This document shows, one piece after another, positions 17,857 through 25,816 of a stretch of DNA of 36,032 nt (position 1 is the stretch's first letter; each line of letters starts with the position of its first letter). The stretch lies in assembly GCA_049297315.1 (NCBI GenBank), contig JBAQUE010000305.1, positions 1-36,032 of the forward strand. The letters run 5' to 3'. The stretch is from Rugosibacter sp. Lineage in GTDB: Bacteria; Pseudomonadota; Gammaproteobacteria; Burkholderiales; Rhodocyclaceae. The position numbers and the translations under genes are program-made. The notes under the pieces were generated by a model. That model did not search any database. It was not told the origin of the DNA and saw only the letters and a list, made by a program, of their open reading frames with translations.

Positions 17857-19230
17857 ATGAGCGATAGCTTTGACGTGGTCATCGTCGGTGGCCGGGTGGC
17901 CGGAAGTACATTGGCGGCGCAGCTCGCCAAACAAGGGGTGAAGGTGTGCGTGATCGAGCGTGATGACCTGACAACTGAACCGGTTTCCACGCACTGGATT
18001 TTCGCGAATACGGTTGACCGTTTGATCAATCAGATTGGTGTCGATCGCGCCCAATTGATGTCGACGAACGCGCCGCCGGTAACGGCCATGACAATGGAAA
18101 TCGGGGACGGCGCCCCGGAAAAATTTCCCTTTCCGGGCGCTTCCTACTGTATTCGGCGCAGCGTGCTGGACAAGGCGATCCTGGATGCCGCACGCAAGGC
18201 TGGCGCGGAAATCCGGCTGAACACCCGCGTGACGGGCATCCTCGATGATGGCCACCGTGTGACTGGCGTGCAAACGCCGGACGGCGAGATACGCGCACGC
18301 ATCGTGGTGGGCGCGGATGGCGTGCAATCGACGGTGGCCCGGGGCGTGCAGGCAGAAACCTGGTTGGACGTACCCAGCGAGCGGCACTGCTATTTCAGCT
18401 ATTTCCGGGTACCTGAAGGACTGCCGACGGATACGGCGATCATCTACTTTGAAAATACGGGAGACCGCTGCGGGTACACTATTTTTCCGACAGGTGGTAA
18501 CCAGGCGGTTGTCTGTTGCTACCCGATCAATGCCAATCTCGACAGATTCAAAAATGATCCTGAGGCGGCATTGATGGCGCAATTGTCCTCCTCCAGCCGG
18601 ATCGCGCCTTATTTAGGCGAACAAATGGACCGAACCTATGGCCGTAACCAGATGCCGACCTATGTGCGGCGCAGCGTTGGCCCTGGTTGGGCGCTGGTGG
18701 GTGATGCAGGGCATTTCAAAGATGCCGTGATGGCCCAGGGCATCGGCGATTCAATACACCATGCCACGATGCTGGCGCCCGCCATCAAACGCGCGCTGGA
18801 TGAGCCGGACCGCGAGCGGGAGGTGATGGATGCCTGGGAGCGTGCGCGTGACCTGGGAACGATCGAGATACTCTTCATGGCCATACAAATGAGCCGCAGC
18901 ATTGAGCCGCGGGCATTGTTCTCGCAGTTGATTGATGATGCGGCGTCCGATCCCAAACTGCGCCCGGCGCTGGGAGGGATTTACCAGCGTACGCACCGGC
19001 CAGCCGACTTGTTCAATGCAAAAACGCTGGTCCGCGCGGCCATTCGCGCGGTGCTGAACAAGCGTGCGGGTTTGGGCGCCGTGTTTGCGGAAGCGAAAGA
19101 AGGTTTCGCCGGTCAGCGTGAGTTGGCCAAGGCCGTCAATCAAATCAAGAACCGGCCTGTGCGTGACTGGGTGCTGGCAAAAAAGGCCACAAGACCGGCG
19201 AGTACTGTCTCCGCAACGGCCAGCGTTTAA
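17857..19230 (+). CDS. FAD-dependent oxidoreductase (geranylgeranyl reductase/FixC/flavin monooxygenase superfamily)
   Basis: DVVIVGGRVAG dinucleotide fold, VGADG, LVGDAGHFKD...AQG; SD GGAGG before ATG 17857. Confidence 0.88.
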   Translation: MSDSFDVVIVGGRVAGSTLAAQLAKQGVKVCVIERDDLTTEPVSTHWIFANTVDRLINQIGVDRAQLMSTNAPPVTAMTMEIGDGAPEKFPFPGASYCIRRSVLDKAILDAARKAGAEIRLNTRVTGILDDGHRVTGVQTPDGEIRARIVVGADGVQSTVARGVQAETWLDVPSERHCYFSYFRVPEGLPTDTAIIYFENTGDRCGYTIFPTGGNQAVVCCYPINANLDRFKNDPEAALMAQLSSSSRIAPYLGEQMDRTYGRNQMPTYVRRSVGPGWALVGDAGHFKDAVMAQGIGDSIHHATMLAPAIKRALDEPDREREVMDAWERARDLGTIEILFMAIQMSRSIEPRALFSQLIDDAASDPKLRPALGGIYQRTHRPADLFNAKTLVRAAIRAVLNKRAGLGAVFAEAKEGFAGQRELAKAVNQIKNRPVRDWVLAKKATRPASTVSATASV

Positions 19231-19243
19231 AGAAAAACTCCAG

Positions 19244-19286
19244 GCTAACTGCCCCGTCGCCCGCCAGGGGAAGCGGGGTAGTTAGC
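19244..19286. terminator. Hairpin between convergent oxidoreductase genes
   Basis: GCTAACTGCCCCG...CGGGGTAGTTAGC 13-bp stem; no clear U tract. Confidence 0.5.
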
Positions 19287-19295
19287 AGCTGTTGC

Positions 19296-20297
19296 TCAGC
19301 TGGAAGGAATAAATTTCTCGAAGACGATTTTGTCTTCGCTGACGCCAATGGCCTTGAGTTTGGCGCGGCCGGTTTCTATCATCGGTGGCGGGCCGCAAAG
19401 GTAGAACGTGGTTGCATCCACATCCGTTTTGAAGTCATCCAGCAAGTCGGTGGCAAACCCGCGTCGATAATTGCTGTCTTCATTGGCAATGCTGATCGAC
19501 CAGGAAAACCCAGTCAGTTTTTGCTTCACTGCATCCAGGACGTCGAGGCAAGCCAGTTCGGCGACGTCATTGACGCCGTAGAGCAACTGCATTGGCCGGG
19601 CGGTGTTTGAGGCATTGTCGGCGGCTGTTTGCAGCATGCTCAACATCGGTCCAAGGCCGGTTCCCCCGGCGATCAGCACGGATTGGCCAGCGTTCGGCCG
19701 CATGAAAAATACGCCATGCGGCGCAGTCATTTCGAGGGTGTCACCGACTTGTGCTTTACGCAAGTAATCGCTCATCGCGCCTGCGGGCAGCAGACGGATG
19801 AGGAAGGATAGCTCGTTGCGTGCGGGAATGGACGTGAAGGAATACGAGCGCCAGACATCCGTGCCCGGCGTTTTGAGCTTGGCATATTGGCCGGGCAGAA
19901 AATCGATCGCCTCATTGAGTGTCAAGGTCAGGTGCACCGTGTTTTGGGCGACCAGGTCAATCCGTTCAATCCGGCCTGGCAGTGTGGGCACAACCTTATT
20001 GCGCCGCAGTTGCGCCACAGGCATGCGCAGGGTAAGCACAAGATCGGTTTGCGCCTTCGCCTGGCAACCCAGCGCATACCCGGCTTCGGCTTCTTCCTGT
20101 GTCAGCGCATCATCGGTATAAAACCCCGGGGCTACGCTGCCCGAAATGATGCGACATTTACACGTACCGCACACGCCTTCAGCGCAGTCGATGGGCCAGT
20201 TGATGCCCTGGCGTTTGGCCGCATCGTACAGGGTCTCCTCCGGCGTGGTATTGAGCAAGAGCGTTTCATTGTCGGTGCATTGAATGGCAAGTCGCAT
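19296..20297 (-). CDS. Oxygenase reductase: N-terminal plant-type [2Fe-2S] plus FAD/NAD(P)H domains (BenC/XylZ/AntC/NahAa-like)
   Basis: DCAEGVCGTC...GCQ, RSYSF, GAMS, AGGTG.GP, YLCGPPPM, FEKF. Confidence 0.92.
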   Translation of the reverse strand: MRLAIQCTDNETLLLNTTPEETLYDAAKRQGINWPIDCAEGVCGTCKCRIISGSVAPGFYTDDALTQEEAEAGYALGCQAKAQTDLVLTLRMPVAQLRRNKVVPTLPGRIERIDLVAQNTVHLTLTLNEAIDFLPGQYAKLKTPGTDVWRSYSFTSIPARNELSFLIRLLPAGAMSDYLRKAQVGDTLEMTAPHGVFFMRPNAGQSVLIAGGTGLGPMLSMLQTAADNASNTARPMQLLYGVNDVAELACLDVLDAVKQKLTGFSWSISIANEDSNYRRGFATDLLDDFKTDVDATTFYLCGPPPMIETGRAKLKAIGVSEDKIVFEKFIPSS

Positions 20298-20365
20298 AAA
20301 GATATCCGCACATTAACAAAGCGATATTGAAAGGGCGTAAAAATACCGCGCTATTCCGCCGGGAG

Positions 20366-21865
20366 TCACTTGGCGCGACAACGCAGGGCTGGCAGGCAGG
20401 CGAGGGCAGCCAGCAGAAGGATCAGCGCATTGCCCCAACGGGCATAAGGCGTCAGCCCGCTATAGCCTTGTGCGGCCACTGTCAGCGCGGCGGTGGTGAA
20501 TGGAGGCAGCATGGCGGTCACCGTGCCATTGGGCGCAATCATTGCGGTCATGCCGGTATTGGTGGCGCGCAGCATGGTGCGGCCTGTTTCGATGGCTCGC
20601 ATCTGGGCGATTTGCAGATGCTGCGGTTGCGCCAGCGAGTCGCCAAACCAGGCGGTGTTGGATAGATTGACGAGTAGGGTGGCTTGCGGCAAGGCGGTGA
20701 GCAGTTCTTCGCCAAATAAATCTTCATAGCAAATGTTGGGTGCAATTTTTTGCGCGCCTAGCGTCAATGGCGGCTGGTGTGATCTGCCTGCGGTAAAGCC
20801 GGACATAGGGATATTCACGAGCTGAAAGACCCAAGCGAACCCTGGTGGCGCGTATTCGCCAAATGGCACCAGATGGCGCTTGATGTAGGCGCCGGGCTTG
20901 CCGGCGGTCGAAAAAGTCGGCGCTAGCAATACGGCGCCATTGGCATAACCGCCGTCTGTCGTGCGGATGGCGATGCCGAACAGCGCCGGGCTGTGCTCGG
21001 TCAGGCTGTGCAACACCTCGCGTGGCACTTCGTTGAAAAACAGGGGAATCGCAGTTTCCGGCAGCACGACCAGGTCGGCTGGATGTTCGCGCACCAGCCG
21101 CAGATAGGTGTCAATCGACAAGGCCAGGTTTTGCGGATCCCATTTCAGGCTCTGCGGCACATTGCCTTGCAGCAGGGCGACTTTGAGCGGCGCGCCGACG
21201 GGTTGCGTCCAGTCCATCTGGCGCAGCAATGCGCCGCCACCGAGCAGCAGGATGATAGCCAGCCAGGGTTTGATTCCGTGTCTGGATAAAGCTTTTTTCC
21301 AACCCTTTGTGAACAGGCTGGTGATGAGCCCGCCAATCAGCGCGACGCTGAAGCCGACGCCATACACGCCGAGCACCGCGCCCCAGCCAGCCAGCGGGCT
21401 GGGCGGGCTTTGCGAATAACCGACGGCGAGCCAGGGAAAGCCGGTCAGTAGCGTGCCGCGCAACCATTCGCTGAGCATCCATAATCCGGCGAACAACCAG
21501 ACGTCGCGCACTGTGCTTGAGCGCCAGCGCGCAAACAGGCCGCCAGCGAGTGCGGGGAAGAGCGCCAGCAAAAGGCAGAACAGAAAGGTGGCCAAGGCAG
21601 CTAACGGCATGGCCATGCCGCCGAATTCGCTGAGGCTGACATACACCCACGACACGCCGGTGAGAAAACAGCCCAATCCCCAGGCGAGGCCGATGAGCGC
21701 GGCCTGGCGTGGCGTGGCGGCGCGCTGCCAGAGCAGAAACAGGCCGGCGAGCGAAAAAGTCGGCGCTGGCGAGACGGCGAATGGCGCGAATCCGAGGGTG
21801 CACAACGCGCCGAGCAGGGCGGCCAGGGCCATCACGCGCCAGACAAACGTCGTGCGCGGATTCAT
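20366..21865 (-). CDS. lnt: Apolipoprotein N-acyltransferase
   Basis: GFPW, QGN.PQ..KW, PETA, KRHLVPFGE, ICYE, NTAWFG, RATNTG. Confidence 0.96.
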   Translation of the reverse strand: MNPRTTFVWRVMALAALLGALCTLGFAPFAVSPAPTFSLAGLFLLWQRAATPRQAALIGLAWGLGCFLTGVSWVYVSLSEFGGMAMPLAALATFLFCLLLALFPALAGGLFARWRSSTVRDVWLFAGLWMLSEWLRGTLLTGFPWLAVGYSQSPPSPLAGWGAVLGVYGVGFSVALIGGLITSLFTKGWKKALSRHGIKPWLAIILLLGGGALLRQMDWTQPVGAPLKVALLQGNVPQSLKWDPQNLALSIDTYLRLVREHPADLVVLPETAIPLFFNEVPREVLHSLTEHSPALFGIAIRTTDGGYANGAVLLAPTFSTAGKPGAYIKRHLVPFGEYAPPGFAWVFQLVNIPMSGFTAGRSHQPPLTLGAQKIAPNICYEDLFGEELLTALPQATLLVNLSNTAWFGDSLAQPQHLQIAQMRAIETGRTMLRATNTGMTAMIAPNGTVTAMLPPFTTAALTVAAQGYSGLTPYARWGNALILLLAALACLPALRCRAK

Positions 21866-22707
21866 TCTGCTGTGGTGGACAGCGGAAGTTCCTTCTGCGG
21901 ATCAACCAGCAGGGTGTGCACACGGCGGCTGTCCGCACGCAAGACCTGAAAGTGCATGCCGTCGATATTCAGCGTTTCGTTGCGCTGGGGCAGGCGGCCC
22001 AGGTGATGGATGATGAGGCCGCCGACGGTATCGAAATCTTCGTCAGGGAAGCTGGCACCAAAGGCGGCGTTGAAGTCGCCGATTTCGGTGATGGCCTTGA
22101 CGCGGTAGCGCCCGCTGTTGTCGATCACGATGTTGCCGGCGGTTTCGTCGAAATCATATTCATCTTCAATGTCGCCGACGATTTGCTCCAGCACGTCCTC
22201 GATGGTGACAATGCCGGCGACGCCGCCGTATTCGTCGACCACGATGGCCATGTGGTTGCGCGAGGCGCGGAATTCGCGCAGCAGCACGTTCAGGCGTTTC
22301 GACTCGGGGATGAAAATCGCCGGGCGCAGGCTGTCGCGCAAATCGAATTCCTTGCCGGCGAAATGGCGCAACAGGTCTTTGGCGAGCAGGATGCCGATGA
22401 TGTCGTCCTTGCCTTCGCCAACCACAGGAAAGCGCGAGTGTGCGGTTTCGAGCACGAGTTCGACGATTTTTTCGGGGGAGTCGCTGATGTCGACAACATC
22501 CATTTGCGCACGCGGCACCATGATGTCGCGCACCGGCATGTCGGCAACCGAGAGTGCGCCTTCGATGATGGAGAGTGCATCGGCATCCATCAAGTGGCGC
22601 TCAAAGGCGCTATGCAGCAAGTCCAGAAGCTGTTCGCTGTCGCCGGGGACGCGCAGCAAAAGGGTGGAAAGACGTTCGATGAGGCTGGGGCGACTGGGAG
22701 GTTCCAT
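21862..22707 (-). CDS. corC: CBS-pair/CorC-HlyC Mg/Co transport-associated protein
   Basis: DIMVPR, HSRFPV, VDEYGGVAGIVTIEDVLEQIVGDIEDE, DTVGG. Confidence 0.93.
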   Translation of the reverse strand: MEPPSRPSLIERLSTLLLRVPGDSEQLLDLLHSAFERHLMDADALSIIEGALSVADMPVRDIMVPRAQMDVVDISDSPEKIVELVLETAHSRFPVVGEGKDDIIGILLAKDLLRHFAGKEFDLRDSLRPAIFIPESKRLNVLLREFRASRNHMAIVVDEYGGVAGIVTIEDVLEQIVGDIEDEYDFDETAGNIVIDNSGRYRVKAITEIGDFNAAFGASFPDEDFDTVGGLIIHHLGRLPQRNETLNIDGMHFQVLRADSRRVHTLLVDPQKELPLSTTAE

Positions 22708-22709
22708 GT

Positions 22710-23168
22710 TCAGAGATAGGGATCGGGATAACCCAGGGTGCTTAAAATTTCACGTTCGCGCGCTTCCATTTGTGCGGCATCGGCGGCGCTGGTTTCATGA
22801 TCGAAACCTTGCAGATGCAGCATACCATGCACGACCAGATGGGCAAAATGCGCGTCAAGCGGCTTGCCCTGCGCTGCGGCTTCGCTGGCCACCACCGGCA
22901 GACAGAGCACCAGGTCGCCAAGCACCCGCGTGTCATTCTGATAAGGGAAGGACAACACATTGGTGGCGTAATCCTTGCCGCGCCATTGCTGGTTGAGTGT
23001 CTGGCCTTCTTCCGCATCGACAAAGCGCACGGTGATTTCGGCAGGCAGGAAACAGGCGGCGCGCAACCAGTGCCGCAGCATGGGTCGCGTGGGTGCGCCA
23101 ACCTTGCCGGCAGGATATTGCACCGCCAGGCGTAATTCAGGCAGGCGGCGTTTGCCGGGGGGCAGCAT
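22710..23168 (-). CDS. ybeY: rRNA maturation endoribonuclease YbeY
   Basis: LN..WRGKDYATNVLSF and HGMLHLQGFDH; start estimated at ATG 23168. Confidence 0.93.
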   Translation of the reverse strand: MLPPGKRRLPELRLAVQYPAGKVGAPTRPMLRHWLRAACFLPAEITVRFVDAEEGQTLNQQWRGKDYATNVLSFPYQNDTRVLGDLVLCLPVVASEAAAQGKPLDAHFAHLVVHGMLHLQGFDHETSAADAAQMEAREREILSTLGYPDPYL

Positions 23169-24108
23169 GTTGCTCGTAAGCCTCGACAATGCGTGCGACC
23201 AATGGATGGCGCACGACATCGCTGGCCGTGAAATCGGTAAAGGCCAGCCCGCGCACATCGGCCATGATCTGGCGCGCTTCGATGAGGCCGGATTTCTGCC
23301 CGCGCGGCAAGTCAATCTGCGTGACATCGCCGGTGATGACGGCTTTCGCGCCGATGCCGATGCGCGTGAGGAACATTTTCATCTGCTCGGGCGTGGTGTT
23401 CTGCGCCTCGTCGAGAATGATGAAGGCATGGTGCAAAGTGCGTCCGCGCATATAGGCGAGCGGGGCGATTTCGATATGCTGCTTTTCGAAGAGCTTGGTG
23501 ACCTTGTCAAAACCCATCAGGTCATACAGCGCATCGTAAAGCGGGCGCAGGTAGGGATCGACTTTCTGTGCCAGGTCACCAGGCAGGAAACCCAGCCGCT
23601 CGCCAGCTTCAACGGCCGGGCGGGTGAGGATCAGGCGGCTGACCTGGTCACGTTCCAGCGCGTCGACGGCTGCGGCGACGGCGAGATAGGTCTTGCCGGT
23701 ACCCGCCGGCCCGATGCCGAAGGTGATGTCATGCGTCAGGATATTGTTGAGGTAGGCGGCCTGGTTCGGCGTGCGCCCGTGCAGCCCCGGTTTTCTGGTC
23801 ATCAAGCCTGCGCCGGGCAATGCCGTGCTGGATTGGCTGCGGTTGATTTCGATCAGGCCGAGTTGCAGTTCGTCAATCGACAGCGGCTGGCGCGCCAAGG
23901 CATAGAAGTGTTGCAGCGCCTGCGCGGCCAGGCTGGTTTGCGCCGGACTGCCGCTGATCTGGCAATGTCCGCCACGGCGGGCGATGGTGACATCGAAGGC
24001 CGCTTCGATCTGGCGCAGGTTTTCATCCAGCGGGCCGCAGAGGTTTTGCAGCAGCTCGTTATCCTGCGGTTGCAGGGTCAGGGCGAACGAGCGGGATGGT
24101 GTGTTCAG
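23137..24108 (-). CDS. ybeZ: PhoH-like ATPase YbeZ, probable CTG start
   Basis: [42 protein letters not shown]; the frame stays open upstream of the ORF-track start through [20 protein letters not shown] up to CTG at 24108. Confidence 0.9.
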   Translation of the reverse strand: MNTPSRSFALTLQPQDNELLQNLCGPLDENLRQIEAAFDVTIARRGGHCQISGSPAQTSLAAQALQHFYALARQPLSIDELQLGLIEINRSQSSTALPGAGLMTRKPGLHGRTPNQAAYLNNILTHDITFGIGPAGTGKTYLAVAAAVDALERDQVSRLILTRPAVEAGERLGFLPGDLAQKVDPYLRPLYDALYDLMGFDKVTKLFEKQHIEIAPLAYMRGRTLHHAFIILDEAQNTTPEQMKMFLTRIGIGAKAVITGDVTQIDLPRGQKSGLIEARQIMADVRGLAFTDFTASDVVRHPLVARIVEAYEQHAAPRQTPPA

Positions 24109-24122
24109 GAGTTGCTGCCCGT

Positions 24123-24455
24123 TTATTCAGCGGCGCCAATGTCGGCGTAGACTTTTCCGTCTTCGACGGTGACCGGGTAAGTCTTGAGCGGGATGACGCA
24201 GGGCAGGTCGGTGGCCGCGCCGGTACGGATATCAAAGGCTCCCGCATGCAACGAACATTCGACCTGGCCATCGAAAATCAGGCCTTCGCACAGCGAAAAA
24301 TTGCCGTGGGTGCAGGTGTCGTCAATGGCGTAAAAGTTATCGCCGAGCCTAAACACACCGATGGGCGGACGTCCGGTAATTTTGACCTGATAACCACTCT
24401 CGACCGGGACGTCAGCGGCATCCACCAGATACGTCAGGTTCTTTTGTTCCGACAT
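24123..24455 (-). CDS. Rieske-type [2Fe-2S] ferredoxin (NahAb/BphA3/HcaC-like)
   Basis: DDTCTHG..SL.EG...VECSLH...FD..TG; 110 aa; SD GGAG. Confidence 0.93.
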   Translation of the reverse strand: MSEQKNLTYLVDAADVPVESGYQVKITGRPPIGVFRLGDNFYAIDDTCTHGNFSLCEGLIFDGQVECSLHAGAFDIRTGAATDLPCVIPLKTYPVTVEDGKVYADIGAAE

Positions 24456-24519
24456 GCATTACTCCACACAGATGATTTCCTCCACGCAATGGAAGGATGG
24501 TTTTTATCAAAGCGGCAAC

Positions 24520-24531
24520 TTGTCCAGTCAA
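24520..24531. promoter_or_regulatory. Candidate operator TTGACTGGACAA (minus strand) upstream of the ferredoxin
   Basis: 11/12 match to 17766-17777; adjacent second inverted repeat CAATGT-N6-ACATTG at 24535-24552. Confidence 0.35.
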
Positions 24532-24594
24532 CAACAATGTGCAACAACATTGACGCCTTGATGCAGCGCCATTCCCGCCGACGGGTTATCCCGT

Positions 24595-24628
24595 AAAAGG
24601 CCGCAATGCAACCCGCAATGCAACCTTT
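24595..24628 (-). terminator. Probable terminator of tRNA-Arg
   Basis: Minus strand reads AAAGGTTGCA...TGCGGCCTTTT, a hairpin with a U tract; it contains a 12-bp tandem duplication. Confidence 0.55.
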
Positions 24629-24636
24629 GGTATGAC

Positions 24637-24713
24637 TGGTGCGCCCGGAGAGATTCGAACTCCCTACCCCTTGGTTCGTAGCCAAGTACTCTATCCAGAT
24701 GAGCTACGGGCGC
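24637..24713 (-). tRNA. tRNA-Arg (anticodon ACG)
   Basis: Reverse complement GCGCCCG...CTTGG-CTACGAA-CCAAG...GTTCGAATC...CGGGCGC-ACCA, 77 nt. Confidence 0.97.
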
Positions 24714-24725
24714 TGAAGCGGCGAG

Positions 24726-24754
24726 ATTATACGCATGAAATCGAAAAAATTTAA
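24726..24754 (-). promoter_or_regulatory. Sigma70 promoter of tRNA-Arg
   Basis: TTAAAT-N17-TATAAT followed by the GC-rich discriminator CTCGCCGC. Confidence 0.6.
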
Positions 24755-24838
24755 GTCCCGTGGCAAAAAGCTTTCCAATGGAGTGAAGTTGGCTGAATGC
24801 CGTGAGCCAGCCGGGATGGCGGTGTATATTTTGCGCCG

Positions 24839-25816
24839 ATGTTTGCCTATATTCTCCGCCGCCTGTTGTATGCCCTGCCGATTTTGCTCGGCGTGAATCT
24901 GATCACCTTTGCGCTGTTTTTTGTCGTCAATACGCCGGACGATATGGCGCGCATGCAATTGGGCATCAAGCGCGTCACGCCGGAGGCCATCCAGAAATGG
25001 AAGGCGGAGCGCGGTTATGACCAGCCGCTGGTCTGGAACGCTGCGGCAAAAGGCCCGGCCAAACTCACCGCAACGGTGTTTTTCAACAAGTCGATGCGCA
25101 TGTTCATTGGCGATTTTGGCCGCGCCGATGATGGCCGCGACATTGCCCGCGAGATCGCCAGCCGTGCAGGCCCCAGCCTGGCCATTGCGTTGCCGACATT
25201 CATTCTCGGGCTGTTTGCGGCGATTGCATTTGCCCTGCTGCTGGTGTTCTTCCGCGCCACCAGGCTGGATTTTTATGGCGTGGTGTTGTGCGTGGCGATG
25301 ATGTCGATTTCCGGCCTGTTCTACATCATTGGCGGCCAGTGGCTGGTATCCAAGGTGTGGCACTGGGTGCCGATTTCCGGCTATGCCGGGGGGCTGACGG
25401 CGGCCAAGTTCATCATCCTGCCGGTGGTGATTGGCGTGATTGGCGGGCTGGGCGCTTCGGCGCGCTGGTACCGCACGATTTTTCTGGAGGAAATCACGCG
25501 CGACTATGTGCGCACGGCGCGCGCCAAGGGGGCCTCCGAAATGGCGGTGCTGTTCCGCCATGTGTTGCGCAATGCGCTGATCCCGATTCTCACTGGCGTG
25601 GTCGTGGTGATTCCGGCCTTGTTCATGGGCAGCTTGCTGACTGAGTCATTCTTTGGCATTCCCGGCCTCGGCAGCTACACGATTGAAGCCATCAATGCGC
25701 AGGATTTCGCCGTGGTGCGGGCGATGGTATTCATCGGTTCGGTGCTGTATATCGCGGGGCTGCTGGCGACCGATATTTCCTACACGCTGGCCGATCCGCG
25801 CGTGCGGCTGCAATGA
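24839..25816 (+). CDS. Dpp/Opp-family ABC transporter permease (DppB/OppB-like)
   Basis: YILRRLL N-terminus, DYVRTARAKG EAA loop, HVLRNALIP, E.FFGIPGLG, DPR. Confidence 0.93.
   Translation: MFAYILRRLLYALPILLGVNLITFALFFVVNTPDDMARMQLGIKRVTPEAIQKWKAERGYDQPLVWNAAAKGPAKLTATVFFNKSMRMFIGDFGRADDGRDIAREIASRAGPSLAIALPTFILGLFAAIAFALLLVFFRATRLDFYGVVLCVAMMSISGLFYIIGGQWLVSKVWHWVPISGYAGGLTAAKFIILPVVIGVIGGLGASARWYRTIFLEEITRDYVRTARAKGASEMAVLFRHVLRNALIPILTGVVVVIPALFMGSLLTESFFGIPGLGSYTIEAINAQDFAVVRAMVFIGSVLYIAGLLATDISYTLADPRVRLQ

Larger units (their letters stand above)
9737..20365. other. Accessory region (about 10.6 kb) between lnt and glyQ
   Basis: Mostly opposite-strand sulfur, metal and oxidoreductase genes interrupt the minus-strand lnt-glyQ-glyS-gmhB-plsC order common in Betaproteobacteria; no integrase or transposase seen. 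Confidence 0.6.

Noticed and set aside
23169..23327. Long N-terminal extension of YbeY in the ORF track
   Set aside because: It overlaps the ybeZ coding region in another frame; ATG 23168 gives a normal-length YbeY
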